In this document: positions 1 to 13,312 of the stretch, piece after piece | Numbering within the stretch: position 1 is the first letter of the stretch | Layout: each line of letters starts with the position of its first letter | Assembly: GCA_964016885.1 (NCBI GenBank) | Contig: OZ024743.1 | Location: 169,508,001-169,572,000 of the forward strand | Reading direction: 5' to 3' | Origin: Eledone cirrhosa | Lineage: Eukaryota | Length of the DNA: 64,000 bases | The notes under the pieces: model-generated | Seen by the model: the letters and a program-made list of their open reading frames with translations, nothing else | Told to the model about the DNA's origin: nothing | Databases searched by the model: none | Position numbers and translations under genes: made by a program

Positions 1-258
1 CCCAACAGAGACCTATCATTCAGCCTAAGCTTCAAGAGGCAAATCCTCCCTCCTAACGGGATCCAGTCCATAACATTATGACAGTCAGGTGCTTGAAAGT
101 ATCCCCACTCACGCCTGTGCAGTCATTTCCGGTGCCACACATGAATAGTAGAGTTTCCAACCTCCATCCAAATATACAGTATCAGAGCTACGGAACTTTG
201 TTGAGGAAACCCCGACTATATCTAGCTGGTAGCATCTAGCCTCCTCCACTAGTAAGGG
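1..258 (-). pseudogene. RTE-type LINE AP-endonuclease fragment
   Basis: Translation YQLDIVGVSSTKFRSSDTVYLDGGWKLYYS...AQA resembles the N-terminus of a LINE APE; in-frame stop; cut by window edge. Confidence 0.65.
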
Positions 259-404
259 TTGTATTAAAAATTGAGTGGCACTGTTTTTAGTGTTTAGCAA
301 TTTTTAGACAACTCTATCAGTGAAACAATTGTTAGACTGCAAATAAATCCCCTTTTTTGTACTGTTGACCATGTTATTCTCCAGTTTTTCAATTATATAT
401 TCCT

Positions 405-1187
405 CCTCTCTATAATTTAACTGATTTACTCTCTCTGTCGCTCTTCACTCTCAAATATTATAAAGCTGAGCGTTGTCTCTCTCTCTCTCCCTCTTTCACC
501 CTCTCTATAATTTAACTGCTTTACTCTCTGTCTCTCTTCACTCTCTATATGACAACAGTCTTTTACTTTCCGAAGCGTCGTATGTATGTTTATTTCAAAA
601 GGATAACCTCCTTCAAATTCGGTCAACACAAGAGCAGGTAATACATACAGCAAAAGGCAACCCTCTTAGAGAGACAGAGAGTGAAAGAGACAGATTAGGA
701 AAACTACACACACACACATCTAAAGAGAGAGAGAGGAGAGAGGAGAGAGAGAGAGACAGGGAAAGAAAAATAGAGGGACGAGAAAGTAGGTAATACATAC
801 ATCGAAAATCATTTGGATACAAATATCATAATATAATGGTTGCAGAACGAAAATACAGACAAATATAATAATGTATGTATCCCACACACTTTTTCTGTCG
901 TCGCTCGCATAAGTAACACACACACACACTTACACACAAATACACATACTTTCACACCTGAATTCGCCAATTACCGGATAACATCAAAACAAAACACACA
1001 GACGCACACATGCAGATACACACATACACAAACACACATATACAAACACACACATATCTATACTTTATATGTATGTATGTATGTAAGATCATACCCCCTC
1101 TCTATAATTTAACTGCTTTACTCTCTCTGTCGCTCTTCACTCTCTATATGACAATACTGTTTTAGTTTCCGTATCTCCCTTCAATAT

Positions 1188-1273
<86 letters not shown>

Positions 1274-1300
1274 GGAAAACTACACACACACATCTACAGA
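405..1300. repeat. Partial tandem repeat, period about 597 bp, CT/GA-rich
   Basis: ccctctctataatttaactgctttactctc...tatgacaa at about 499 and 1096 (shorter copy near 405); gattaggaaaactacacacac at about 693 and 1269. Confidence 0.7.
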
Positions 1301-1369
1301 GGGAGACAGAAAATCAGAGGGGGGGGAGATAGGCCGTTAGACATAGACAGTTACAATTAAAGTGTTAGT

Positions 1370-1490
1370 TATTCAGAGAGAGGGAGAGAGTCGGAAGGAC
1401 AATGTGACACGGGAGGGTGTGTGGTATCTTTGCAGTGGAGTGGTGGGGGCAGGTATACCTAGCCGAGCGCCAGCCGGACGGGCCATCTAG
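1370..1490 (+). mobile_element. Helitron-like 3' end fragment
   Basis: GC-rich subterminal gccgagcgccagccggacgggcc followed by CTAG|T into (TA)n; 5' boundary unclear. Confidence 0.4.
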
Positions 1491-1677
1491 TATATATATA
1501 TATATAAGTGTAAGTATGTACACGTACATACATATATGTATACAGACGTACAGTAGTATGTATATATATATATACATACATGCACACGATTAACCCACTC
1601 GATATGCAAATTGGGCTACTCAGCCGTTAATATGCATAAGGTAAGTATATACGTTCAACAATCTGGCAGGAAGGTAT

Positions 1678-1720
1678 ACGTTGCTGACGATAGCTAATAA
1701 GCTTGAAACTAGTACAGCGT
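1678..1720 (+). ncRNA. Minimal type I hammerhead ribozyme, canonical core
   Basis: acgttg CTGACGA tagctaataagctt GAAAC ta GTA cagcgt: 6-bp stem I with one GU, agc/gct stem II, palindromic ACTAGT stem III. Confidence 0.8.
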
Positions 1721-2026
1721 TCCTTTGTCAATGTTGAACAAACGAGCAACGATGATTGCTGGACACTACGGCTTAATACGGGATGTTTGTTTACAAACAC
1801 ACCGAGCATTATAATAAATGTTCGGTGCATCCATACGTACATATATATATGTGTGCATGTATGTATATATATATATACATACTACTGTACGTCTGTATAC
1901 ATATATGTATGTACGTGTACATACTTATATTTAAGTAACAGCCGTACTAAGAGTGGGAAATGAAATTTCGTTTCATTTTTTCCGTTTATATATAAATGCA
2001 TGTATGTATGTGTGTATGTGCGTGTA

Positions 2027-2057
<31 letters not shown>

Positions 2058-2209
2058 TGTTATACTTTGAGAGGGTCATGTTGCCAATAAGAAACACACA
2101 CGCACCAGTTGCTTTCACTCCAATTTATTATAAATTAAATTATAAATTTAAAAATTTATAAATTTCCGGTTGGTTGGTTGGTTCCACAACCGGACGTTGT
2201 TCATATATT

Positions 2210-2252
2210 GTCAAAGTTCTTTCGTCGCACATTATGTGACCTCTTCAGTGAC
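2210..2252 (-). ncRNA. Hammerhead-like motif, imperfect stem II
   Basis: RC: gtca CTGAAGA ggtcacataatgtgcgac GAAAG aa CTT tgac. Confidence 0.5.
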
Positions 2253-2339
2253 TGGGGATTCTTTTCTTTGTTTTGTGCCTCTCCTTTGTTCTGTCCTACG
2301 CCATCTTGTTTTTGTGTGAACCAACCAACCAACCGGAAA

Positions 2340-2466
2340 TAGCCGTCGAAACAGCTTGAGCTCTGCCGTTGGGGTCATACTTTTCCTATTACCCACTCTA
2401 CTATCCTAAGTATTGAGTACTCTGGTGCGTTATGGTCCATGGTTCCTTACCACAATTCCTTCGTTA
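2340..2466 (+). mobile_element. Partial copy of the palindromic HHR-derived mini-element (right arm and tail only)
   Basis: Near-identical to about 27838-27967 and 36126-36254. Confidence 0.8.
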
Positions 2467-3157
2467 TATATACATATATATATATAATATGTGTGTGTGT
2501 GCATATATGTGTGTGCATGTGTATATATATAATATATATATATATTATATAATATATATATATATTATACATATATATGTATATGCGTATGTATGTACAC
2601 ATATGTATGTGTATGTATATAATTGTATATATGTATGTGTGTATGTTCCATTATGTATGTTTATTGTGTGTGTACCTACCTGTGTGTGCGTGTATGTGTG
2701 CGTACGTGTGTAATTGGGCGCGTGTATGAATGTGCTTGTTGACACCTAGAATATATATTAAGTGAAACTTCACAATAAGGGGTTTCACCCCAACACTTGA
2801 ATCTGTTGAAGGATCCCTTTCTGGCTTTGTCACCCTTATTTCAGCCTTAAAGAATTAGCTTCTAAAGAATTTCCCTTTTCTTTAAACCATTGAACCCCAC
2901 CCATCCTGTCTTACAGGCATTGTTAGTCTAAGTGATAAACAAGGATTGGTATTCCAATTTTGAATTTGTTTACGTAATTTTGCCGGTTGTGCATATAACT
3001 GTATTTTCGTTTTCTCTTTCGTCTTTCTTTTCCCCCCTCCTTTCCATCTGTCCCCCTTCCTTTATTTCTCTCTATATCTTTATTATTAATATCATTATTG
3101 ATGTGGTAATTTGAATTTATAAGTTTACCGTTACGCATATATTTTGTATTTTCTATT

Positions 3158-3263
3158 AGTCTCTGGCGAAATGATGTTGGTTGCATTATTTTAAATTGAG
3201 TGCCACTACCTTCAGTGTTTAGCAATTTCTAGACATCTCTATCATGGAAACAATTGTTAGACT
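3158..3263 (+). ncRNA. Hammerhead motif with long stem II, core A6G (probably inactive)
   Basis: agtct CTGGCGA aatgat...atcatg GAAAC aatt GTT agact; the 3' part recurs at about 259-385. Confidence 0.6.
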
Positions 3264-3488
3264 GTAAATAAATTTTCTTCTTTGTACTGTTGACCATGTT
3301 ATTCTTCACTTTTTGAATGTTATCACTCCAAGATATACTTACATGGGAATACAAGTAAAGTCATTAACTCGTCATCCACGTAAACCTCTTGTTGAGTCAC
3401 ACAACGCCGCACTCTTAAACTATCGGATTACCTTTAACGATATATTGTTTTCCTCTATATATGTATATATATATATATGTATATATAT

Positions 3489-3630
<142 letters not shown>

Positions 3631-3644
3631 CATACTGTAATAGA

Positions 3645-3935
3645 TTTTACCATCAATTCCAGGGGCCCAGGTATGTTATATATATGTATATATATATATA
3701 TATGTATATGATTATGTCATTTATTTTGTCTGACCTGTTTAGCTTGACTTGTTTTTTTAGCTTAGGTGGTCTATAGCTTCTTGACCGCCTTCTCAGTTTG
3801 TATGGCCTTTATAACCTATGTTTATGGCTCTAGTCTTGTAGACTATGGAGCGCTTGCGAGCATGACTGAAAATTTGCGTTACGTTTCGCTTTTTGTACCT
3901 GCCGAAATGCATTCTCTCTGAATTTATATTTGTAT
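3645..3935. repeat. Unclassified dispersed repeat, second copy about 47845-48135, fragment about 47442-47502
   Basis: Direct similarity (gattttaccatcaattcca...tgacctgtttagcttgacttg...gccgaaatgc). Confidence 0.75.
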
Positions 3936-4111
3936 ATATATATATATAGTGATAGTGGTGGCCGTTTGACCTACCTCCCTCTGCCTCTATCTTTACTTTC
4001 GGCCCTTGGAAAAATTGATTCCACTTCATTTACTCTCATCTCGGGAACAGTTTTGGATAACGCTAGTTCGTAATTTAAATTCAAGAATTTTATATTCTTC
4101 GAATGAAAAGA

Positions 4112-4195
4112 ACCTTCTGACGAGAATCTTTCTCTGCAACGAAGGCCGTATGGTCTCCGTTTATTTTTGAGATTCGAAACCGATTCGGTAAAGGT
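4112..4195 (+). ncRNA. Type I hammerhead ribozyme, canonical core, stable stem III
   Basis: acctt CTGACGA gaatct...agattc GAAAC cgattcg GTA aaggt. Confidence 0.85.
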
Positions 4196-4262
4196 AACTA
4201 TAGTAAGTAAAGTCAATTTTTTAAAATTTATTTTGAAACTTTTACATTATTTGCTTAACCTG

Positions 4263-4322
<60 letters not shown>

Positions 4323-4326
4323 CATA

Positions 4327-4400
<74 letters not shown>

Positions 4401-4534
4401 TAGAAGGAGTATTTAATTTGTTGGAAGTCCCACAAATATAAATGTTTATAACTGATTTAGAGCACTCAACAGTTTACTGGAGTAAATATTCAAAGATATT
4501 AAATAAATGGAAATTATATTTATAAAACCGTATT

Positions 4535-4597
4535 TATTTTATTATATATATTTCAAGGGTACCAAGACACATTGGTACGCTTTCATCAGATAAAATA
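4535..4597 (-). ncRNA. Minimal type I hammerhead ribozyme, canonical core
   Basis: RC: tattttat CTGATGA aagcgtaccaa tgtgtc ttggtaccctt GAAA tatat ATA ataaaata (8-bp stem I). Confidence 0.85.
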
Positions 4598-5260
4598 CAA
4601 ATTTTGTTTTATAAATAGAGACGTACCCATGAAAATCATACCTTATCGGTTGGATATTCACTGGATAGTGGAAATGTATTAGGGATTTTTCAAACTTATG
4701 TGTGAATATGCAAATGAATATGTAAATAATTGAAAACAACCGTTTATTTAAACGACTATGGAGAGAGGGAGAGAAGAGATAAGAGGAGAAGGATAAAATA
4801 GTGCGAGAGAGAGAAGATGAATAAAAACTCATATAACGTTAATTTGAGGGAAATATATTGTAAGTATATATCTGAATAGTACGTGTATTTACGATTATTA
4901 GTTGTTTAAAATTTGTTTATAATATAATATTTTTCTTCCGTTATAAGTAGATAAATGAATAAATAAATAAATACATGAATACATAAATAAATAAATAAAT
5001 AAATAAATAAATAGATGGGTATATCATGTTATAGATAATTGTTCTGAGGGATATTGGTTTTGTATGAGGGATATTGGTTTTGTATTTAATGTAGATAAAT
5101 ATTAAGTTAAATTAAATTAAATTAACTGCATATTTTTCAACTTATGTGTGAATATGCAAATGAATATGTAAATAATTGAAAAACAACCGTTTATTTAAAC
5201 GACTATGGAGAGTGAGAGAGAAGAGATAAGAGGAGAACGATAGCGCGCGAGAGAGAGAGT

Positions 5261-5344
<84 letters not shown>

Positions 5345-6129
5345 AGAAAGAAACAAGAGAAGATGAATAAAAACTCAAATAACTATTTGAGGGAAATATA
5401 TTCTAAGTATATATCTTAATAGTACGTGTATTTACGAATATTAGTTGTTTAAAATTTGTTTATAATATATTTTTCTTCCGTTATAAGTAGATAAATAAAT
5501 AAATAAACACATAAATAAATAAATAAATAAATAAATGGGTATATCATGTTATAGATAATTGTTCTAATAAGTTATGAGGGATATTGGTTTTGTATTTAAT
5601 GTAAATAAATATTAAGTTAAATTAAATCAAGTTAACTGAGTTAATAAGAATGTTTATATTTATAATATTTAAAATGGGAAGATACAGAAAAAACTCCGGT
5701 TTAATTTATTTATTTGTTTAGTGTGAGACTATTTAGTCAAAATAAGTATAGATGTTGAAAGATATATTTAGTTAGAATCAGTTAGTGGTTATAAATCTAT
5801 TGAAAATATTGAAAAAATATTGAAAAGTATTGAAAAAGTATTGAAAAAATATTGAAAAATTTGAGAAAATCTTTTTAAAAATAATTTATAACCGATAAGT
5901 AATTTTTAAAGAAATAAAAATTAAAGAGATAAAAATAAAGAAATAAAAATTATTAAAATTAAAATTTAAATTTAAAAAAAAGATTAGAATTATATACGTA
6001 TATATTTTATGAAACTTTAAGAAGTGGAATTACAGCAAATGTTATAGATATTATGAATTAGAGATATCAATATATTAATATCAACTGGATGACATTGTTA
6101 TGGAAATAAGTAGAAATATTATAAGTATA

Positions 6130-7062
6130 ATTATAAGTTATATATAGTTCTGAATGTTGAATTCTGGCGATGTCTACAAGAATTAAATAAATTCGTTCTT
6201 AGGTTAATAGAGTTTTTACACATAAGTATGTAAAAAATTTCCTCAATACATAATTTGCAGAATTTAGATAAAGCTATGTTTCGGTACGCTGGTGCTTATG
6301 AAACTGTTTCCCAAGCTAATGAATAGTCCATATTCTTGCATTTTAAGTTCCATATCAGGTTTGAAAGGGAAGTTGAAGATTTTTTATCAAATCTTCGGAA
6401 AGAGCAATTGTGGTTATTCCAGCGACTTTTAAATTCTGTAGAAGTTGCACCGACATAGTTAAATATATTATCACTAGTTTTAACTGTACATTTATAGACC
6501 AGGTTTTTATCTAAACACTTATTTTGTAAAGGACAGTTTGATTTAATTCTACAGTTACATTTTGCAGAGTTGTTGTTGTTCGGAACGGTACTATTATGTT
6601 GGATATTGCTAGAGATATTACTGCTATTTTGGTTATTTAGGTTAGGGTTTAAATTTCTATTATTAATTCTATTTATATTTTGTGCTATGTTCATAGTAGT
6701 AGAGTAGGATAGTTTTATAGTATGTCTGTTAAAGATTGAGTGGTATATGTGGGCTTTAGGAAAACATTTATCTAGTGCTTTAAAGAATAGCTTTGGTAAA
6801 GGTGTTTTTACGCTTAATAAGAATGGGGTGAGTACCAAATAATATTTCTAGTTCTAGTTAGTTTTAGAGTTTAAGTTAAATTTATTATTATTACAATTAA
6901 TAGTAGGGTTATTTGCCTTAATACTGTTGTCAATGTATTTAATCTTATTTATATACCCTGCTCTATTATAATATTCATTATAATATTCAGCCTTATCGTC
7001 AAAAATGTTTTTATTAGCGGGGATGCGTGAAATCCGTTGTTGGACAGAATTGACAATAGTGT
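6130..7062 (-). pseudogene. PLE RT-thumb/GIY-YIG endonuclease fragment
   Basis: CNCRIKSNCPLQNKCLDKNLVYKC...YVGATSTEFKSRWNNH; stops and frameshifts. Confidence 0.85.
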
Positions 7063-7462
7063 ACATTTGCTGTAATTCCACTTCTTAAAGTTTCATAAAA
7101 TATACACGTATATAATTCTAATCTTTTTTTTTATTTTAATTTTAATTTTAATTTTAATTTTAATTTTAATAATTTTTATTTCTTTATTTTTATTTCTTTA
7201 ATTTTTATTTCTTTAAAAATTACTTATCTCTCATAAATTATTTTTGAAAAAAATTTTCTCAAATTTTTCAATATTTTTTCAATACCTTTTCAATATTTTT
7301 TCAATACTTTTTCAATATTTTTTTAATACTTTATCAGTATTTTTTCAATATTTTTCAATAGATTTATAACCACTAACTGATTCTGGCTAAATGTACCTTT
7401 CAACATCTATACATATTTTGACTAAATAGTCTCACACTAACGAATAAATAAATTAAACCGCA

Positions 7463-7517
<55 letters not shown>

Positions 7518-7695
7518 AGAAGCAAGAAATTGCTTATTGTGATCCATTTCTTGGTTAAGAAAGCCAGTTTCATGGATGGTTTCAACGTACGGTTAGGGGT
7601 AACTCCACAAGTTTGTAAGAATTCCGTTCAATCTTGGAGTATAAAGTATAAAAGAGAAAACACAGGTAAGCATTAAGAGAAGGATTTTATCCAGG

Positions 7696-7797
7696 TATTT
7701 ACGACCGTTTCATTGGTAAGTGCAACCATATATTGCTATACTGCAAATAGCAGCCACTCAAATATAATTGTTGTTCACAGTCCAAATTTTCAAAATA
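7696..7797 (-). ncRNA. Hammerhead motif, U3-A8 variant, branched stem II
   Basis: RC: tatt TTGAAAA tttgg...ccaat GAAAC ggtc GTA aata. Confidence 0.55.
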
Positions 7798-8141
7798 GTG
7801 AGTAAGTTACTCTTGCAATAATTCTTAATATATAGAGAAAAACATTTATTTGAAATTGTATTTACTAGTATAGAGAGAGAGGAATCAGAATGTGAGGGGA
7901 CAAACGGAATAGCATAGAGAGAGAGGAAGGGGGAAAAGGTAGGAAGTAGAGTGACAAACTGAGATGGAGGGAGGGGTAGAGATGGAAGGATTCCTTGGTC
8001 AGTTTTGATAGCAGACTTCATGTCGTGGAATGTAGTGAGTTAAAGAGAATTAAATTGATCATAGTGGGAGGGATAGATAGAGAGGGAGAGAGAGAGTGGG
8101 GAGATATAAAGAGATAAATAAATATATATATATATATATAT

Positions 8142-9098
8142 ACTAGACATGAAAAATGCGCAAGCTCAAAAGTGCCACAGAATGTTATAATAAACCTTCA
8201 AAAGTGTGGGACTAGAGTTGTTGCTAAAAAATATTGTAATCATTATATATCGTACATTCTGTGGCATCCTTTATAAAAATAGCTTAAACCAACGAAGCCT
8301 TTATTTTTACGCTATTTCACTTAGTTAATTCTTAGAGTGTAACATATAAAAATATCATTTACAACTATAAAATAAATTAATTAATATAATAACAGAGCTG
8401 CGGAGCTGAAATTTAGGAAATAATGGAGTATCGGATCCTGAGTTGGAGCCAGTCAATTTTTGGCCGACTCCGCAGCCCTGTATAATACATTTCATATTAA
8501 AGTTATTAATAAACCTATTTTACACTTCATGCAAATTACCACGAGATATTGATATTAGATATAAGATACAGCGCAATATCTACAGCTGTAAAAGTACGAA
8601 AGCGAAGTAATAATAAGTGGCTTAAGGTAATTCCAATATGAAAGTTTGTAGTGATAAAAATTTGATAATGCAATACGATTGTTAATATTATAGTTCTATG
8701 AAAATGTAACAATAGATAACTAAATTATTTTACTATTAGTATATTTAAGAAATTATCATTATAGATTTGATCGTTCATATAAGCATCATATTAAGTTTCA
8801 ACACAATTATTTTGTTACTATGAGTATATGATAATAATATTACGTAATTATTTATAGCTGTTATTACATTAAACATAGATGTATTTATTTTTATATGTTA
8901 CACTCTAAGAATTAACTAAGTGAAATAGCGTAAAAATAAAGGCTTCGTTGGTTTAAGCTATTTTTATAAAGGATGCCACAGAATGTACGATATATAATGA
9001 TTACAATATTTTTTAGCAACAACTCTAGTCCCACACTTTTGAAGGTTTATTATAACATTCTGTGGCACTTTTGAGCTTGCGCATTTTTCATGTCTAGT
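8142..9098. mobile_element. Foldback/MITE with 213-bp terminal inverted repeats
   Basis: 8142-8354 is the reverse complement of 8886-9098; second copy 13312-14268. Confidence 0.85.
8393..8480. mobile_element. hAT-type MITE nested in the foldback
   Basis: TIRs cagagctgcggag/ctccgcagccctg; 8-bp TSD tataataa/tataatac; copy at 13563-13650. Confidence 0.7.
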
Positions 9099-9687
9099 TT
9101 AATATTTTTTTAAGGCAACGCTTGTAATAACTCTAGTTAAACAGGATATATATTAATAATAAATTATCGTTGTAATGTAATTAGATTATGTAATTGTTAT
9201 TATAAATTATCTTATAAATATTAGTGTAAGATGTATAAAAATATTTTCAGACTTTTAATATAAACAACTACAAAAAACAATCAATATTAAATCAATATAT
9301 TATACATAATAGAAAACATAAAATATACAATACAAAAACAAAATATTTACATACATTTGCAATTATCAGTGTATATACATTTTCTTTATATTCCCTGAGC
9401 AAATTAATAAGATTTGTTTTTATTGTACATAATTTGATGACTTGTTGGAGTGTATTAAAAGATAGCAACAATTTGTGATTAAATTGTTATCTTAAGCAAC
9501 TCACTTTTTAATAGTTGTTGGCTGAGCGAAATTGTAAAAGCCTATGAGCAAATATAAAAAAAAATACACAAACAACATTTCCTTGTGTTATTACAACATT
9601 AGATAAAATAATTGAGCAATGTCGTTATATTTTGCTCTTATTGCACATTAATAGTGTTTCTATTTTTCGGCACAAATCCATTACGGC

Positions 9688-9820
9688 AGTCCATTACTGG
9701 TACTTTATTTTATCGAATTAGTAAGTATGAAAGTCGAAGTTAACCTCGGCAGGATTTGAACTTAGAATGCAAAGGACCATAACAATACTGCAAAGCATGG
9801 TGTCTGACGCTCTACCAATA
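9688..9820 (-). mobile_element. Diverged tRNA-derived SINE (copy about 14858-14990; fragments near 10675 and 15795)
   Basis: Similar to 44100-44275 (ctggtactttattttatcga...aacctcggcaggatttgaac). Confidence 0.7.
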
Positions 9821-10218
9821 CTTGTGTTGAGCTGGTCATTAATTTATGGTGGTCGTGCGTGAAGTAGAGCAATCGCTAGTTGAAATATTATGAACAAAAC
9901 ATTTTTATTTGCCGAAGAACATATTTTCAATACTGTTTGTGAATGTGACGAAGGAAATACATTCTGATATGGAACAGTGTACAAAGTGTGTCTGTGAATA
10001 ACATAATGTTACCTCATGTTGTTGTCAAGACATAATGGATTTCGTTTATCCAGTTAGAAGATGAAACCTAGCCATCTCGGATTAGTTATATTTCATGCCA
10101 TGTGTAAACGTGTTTGAGGATAGCAAAATATGCGCGTTAATTATAATTATAATAATTAGTTAATAATATTACAAAATATACCTAATTAAACTCTTTGCTT
10201 GAAATTTTATCATTCTTC

Positions 10219-10311
<93 letters not shown>

Positions 10312-12366
10312 TCTAGTCCTTCGCTCAAGATTAATCTATAAGTTTAGATGTTTGCCTTCGTTTAAGTAAATATTACAGTAAGATTTTTAATATAAACAAC
10401 TACAAAAAACAATTAATATTAAAACGAAAAAATTATCAATGATAAAAGAAGCGGATGCAACTTTTTTTTTTATAAAGTTATATTCCTGTTTCTTTAAAGA
10501 ACATTTCATTTTTGTTCTATTGTAGGCGAAATAATGCAATGGTTTAATAGGGAAGATATAACTTACGAATTATGTCTCTAACCGTGTAACGCTTTTTAAG
10601 TAGATAACTACAATTGAAAATACTAAAGAAATGGAACCAACAATTCAATTTGAAAGTCGTCTAGTGACAGTGTATTACTGGTACTTTATTTTATCGACCC
10701 CGTAACGATGAAAGGCAAAAATGCAAATGCTTAAAATTTAAATTGCCTTAATTCTATCGTCTGCTGTTTCATTAAAGGGAGATTATCGTCTGTATTTAAT
10801 TCTATCGTCTACTGTTCCACTAAACAGATATACCTCCACTATCGTCTCTATTTATACATTTTAACTTATAACTTATACACATTTGATTTGAAATATTTTA
10901 TCTAGTCCCCCCTCTCAATATTATGATGATTTCTTTCGAATGAAACAGTTCTAGTCCTGTAGAAGCCATTTATATATATAATTGAACTGAGTTAAAAATT
11001 CACAATATTTATAATTAAATAAGCTCATATATATATGTGTGTATTTATCTGTTTATTGTATTATATATAATGTGTGTATATACAGGATGTCCCCCAAAAA
11101 TATATACACACTTCAACAGCATTCTAATAACTATTGCCTGTACAGGTAATCAAAGTGTCAATCGAATGTTAGTTTCGTGTTTTAACAGTACAAATTTACA
11201 ATACACACATAAAACCAGTGTATATACATACATGAATGTGTATACACATACATGAATGTGTATATACAATATATATGTATATATATATAGACACATATAT
11301 TCACGGTGCAACGGTACATTAAAATATAGATGCGGGAGAGGGGGTGTATATATAGGGGCGCTGGGGATAAAGGAGTGTAAAGCGTGTGTAATTGATATAT
11401 TGAAGGAGAGGAGCGTGCAGCGATAGAGTAACAAATATATAGAGAGGGGGAGAGATGGTATTGAAGGGGAGGAGTGCAAAGCGAAAGAGTAGGAGATATA
11501 TATATAGAGACGGAACAGATAGAGAGAAACAGGCGTAAGTAACAGTGGAAGAGATATAGAGAGAGGTACTCTGATTGGTTGAAAATTAGCCAATGACATA
11601 CGATCACCACCACCACGGCTATCCCCGAAAAATTTTTAAAGAGGCTAGGCATATATGTTAGAACACGAAAAGTGAACATTCTGTGTTTCACACTTTTCGT
11701 GTTCTAACAGATATATATATAAAATAAAGATAAAGATAATAATGACAGAAATAAAAGCAAAGATGGGGGTGAGAAAGAAGAAGAGAAAAGATAGCCAAGA
11801 AGGGGAGGGAAGGAAGGAAGAAAACGAAGAAATAGAAGAGGAATGAGGGAGAAGAGGGGAATATATATATTGGTTTTGTGGGTAATTAAAAGGGTTTAGA
11901 TACACCAAGAGGGTATAAAGTCTAAGTATATGCAGTTTGTCAGTTGGTAGTAAGAGGTTAAGGGTTCGATTTGTAGTGCGAAAACTTCTATTTGAGTCTA
12001 TGGTTACAATAAATTGATCTTTCGATTTTATTGTTGAGTAACTTATTCTTCGAACTCAAGATGTGAAACAGCTCAAGGTCGCATAATCGATAGCTTCTCA
12101 TACCACTCCGATAATTCTCTTTAACTCACTACATTCCACGACATGAAGTCTGCTATCAAAACTGACCAAGGAATCCTTCCACCTCTACCCCTCCCTCCAT
12201 CTCAGTTTGTCACTCTACTTCCTACCTCTTCCCCCTTCCTCTCTCTCTATACTATTCCGTTTGTCCCCTCACATTCTGATTCCTCTCTCTCTATACTAGT
12301 AAATACAATTCCAAATAAATATTTTTCTCTATATATTAAGAATGATTACAAGAGTAACTTACTCAC

Positions 12367-12467
12367 TATTTTGAAAATTTGGACTGTGAACAACAATTAT
12401 ATTTGAATGGCTGCTATTTGCAGTATAGCAATATAAGGTTGCACTTACCAATGAAACGGTCGTAAAT
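12367..12467 (+). ncRNA. Hammerhead motif, U3-A8 variant (inverted copy of 7696-7797)
   Basis: tatt TTGAAAA tttgg...ccaat GAAAC ggtc GTA aat. Confidence 0.55.
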
Positions 12468-12518
12468 CCCTGGATAATATCATTCTCTTAATGCTTACAT
12501 GTGTTTTCTCTTTTATAC

Positions 12519-12655
<137 letters not shown>

Positions 12656-12821
12656 TGAGAGTGAGAGAGTAATTAAGTATCGAGAGAGAGAAGAAGAGAT
12701 AGGCGATACATGTACTTATTTGCCAATAGCATATGCAAAGGGTGCTCAATGCTTGTGCTGGCAGTGTTAAATATTAGAAGTGTTAACATCTAGTGGGCGA
12801 GAAAATCAGCAGAGCGGATAC

Positions 12822-13023
12822 ACGTGGAGAAATATATAAAGGAGAACAAACCGTTAAAACATGTTTATTTAAAATAGCAACTACGTACGTTTCTCCCGGG
12901 TCATGTAAGGAACGCTTTTTAGTTTTTTATGCCCTTGAGAAGCTCTTTCGGGCGAAACGTACGTAGGTGCTGTTTTAAATAAACATGTTTTAACGGTTTG
13001 TTCTCCTTTATATATTTCTCCAC

Positions 13024-13025
<2 letters not shown>
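12822..13025. repeat. Foldback with about 77-bp arms containing an HHR
   Basis: 12822-12898 is the inverse of 12949-13025. Confidence 0.85.
12931..12970 (+). ncRNA. Minimal hammerhead, U3-A8 variant
   Basis: gccc TTGAGAA gctc tttc gggc GAAAC gtac GTA ggtgc; stem I bulged. Confidence 0.6.
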
Positions 13026-13311
<286 letters not shown>

Positions 13312-13312
13312 A

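Larger units (their letters stand above)
4400..7467 (-). mobile_element. 5'-truncated Nematis-like PLE with inverted 5' end and duplicated 3' UTR
   Basis: Endonuclease-region ORF remnants 6296-7081; arm about 7063-7467 is the inverse of about 5690-6042; tandem duplication about 4665-5128/5133-5640; HHR near 3' end; (TA)n on both flanks. Confidence 0.8.
8143..11711 (-). mobile_element. 3.57 kb composite non-coding block, copy 1 (Helitron-like termini)
   Basis: Near-identical to 13313-16832; minus strand reads A|TC...CTAG|T; flanked by (TA)n. Confidence 0.5.
7512..12512 (-). mobile_element. PLE remnant (EN C-terminus about 11965-12110, 3' UTR, pLTR 7512-8053, inverted pLTR 12112-12512) interrupted by a 3.57 kb block
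   Basis: RC near 11970-12040 reads NKIERSIYCNHRLK*KFSHYK; 7658-8053 and 12112-12512 are inverted near-identical copies. Confidence 0.6.

Noticed and set aside
575-655. Hairpin-rich segment in the 597-bp partial tandem, tested as a hammerhead
   Set aside because: No CUGANGA-like core in register
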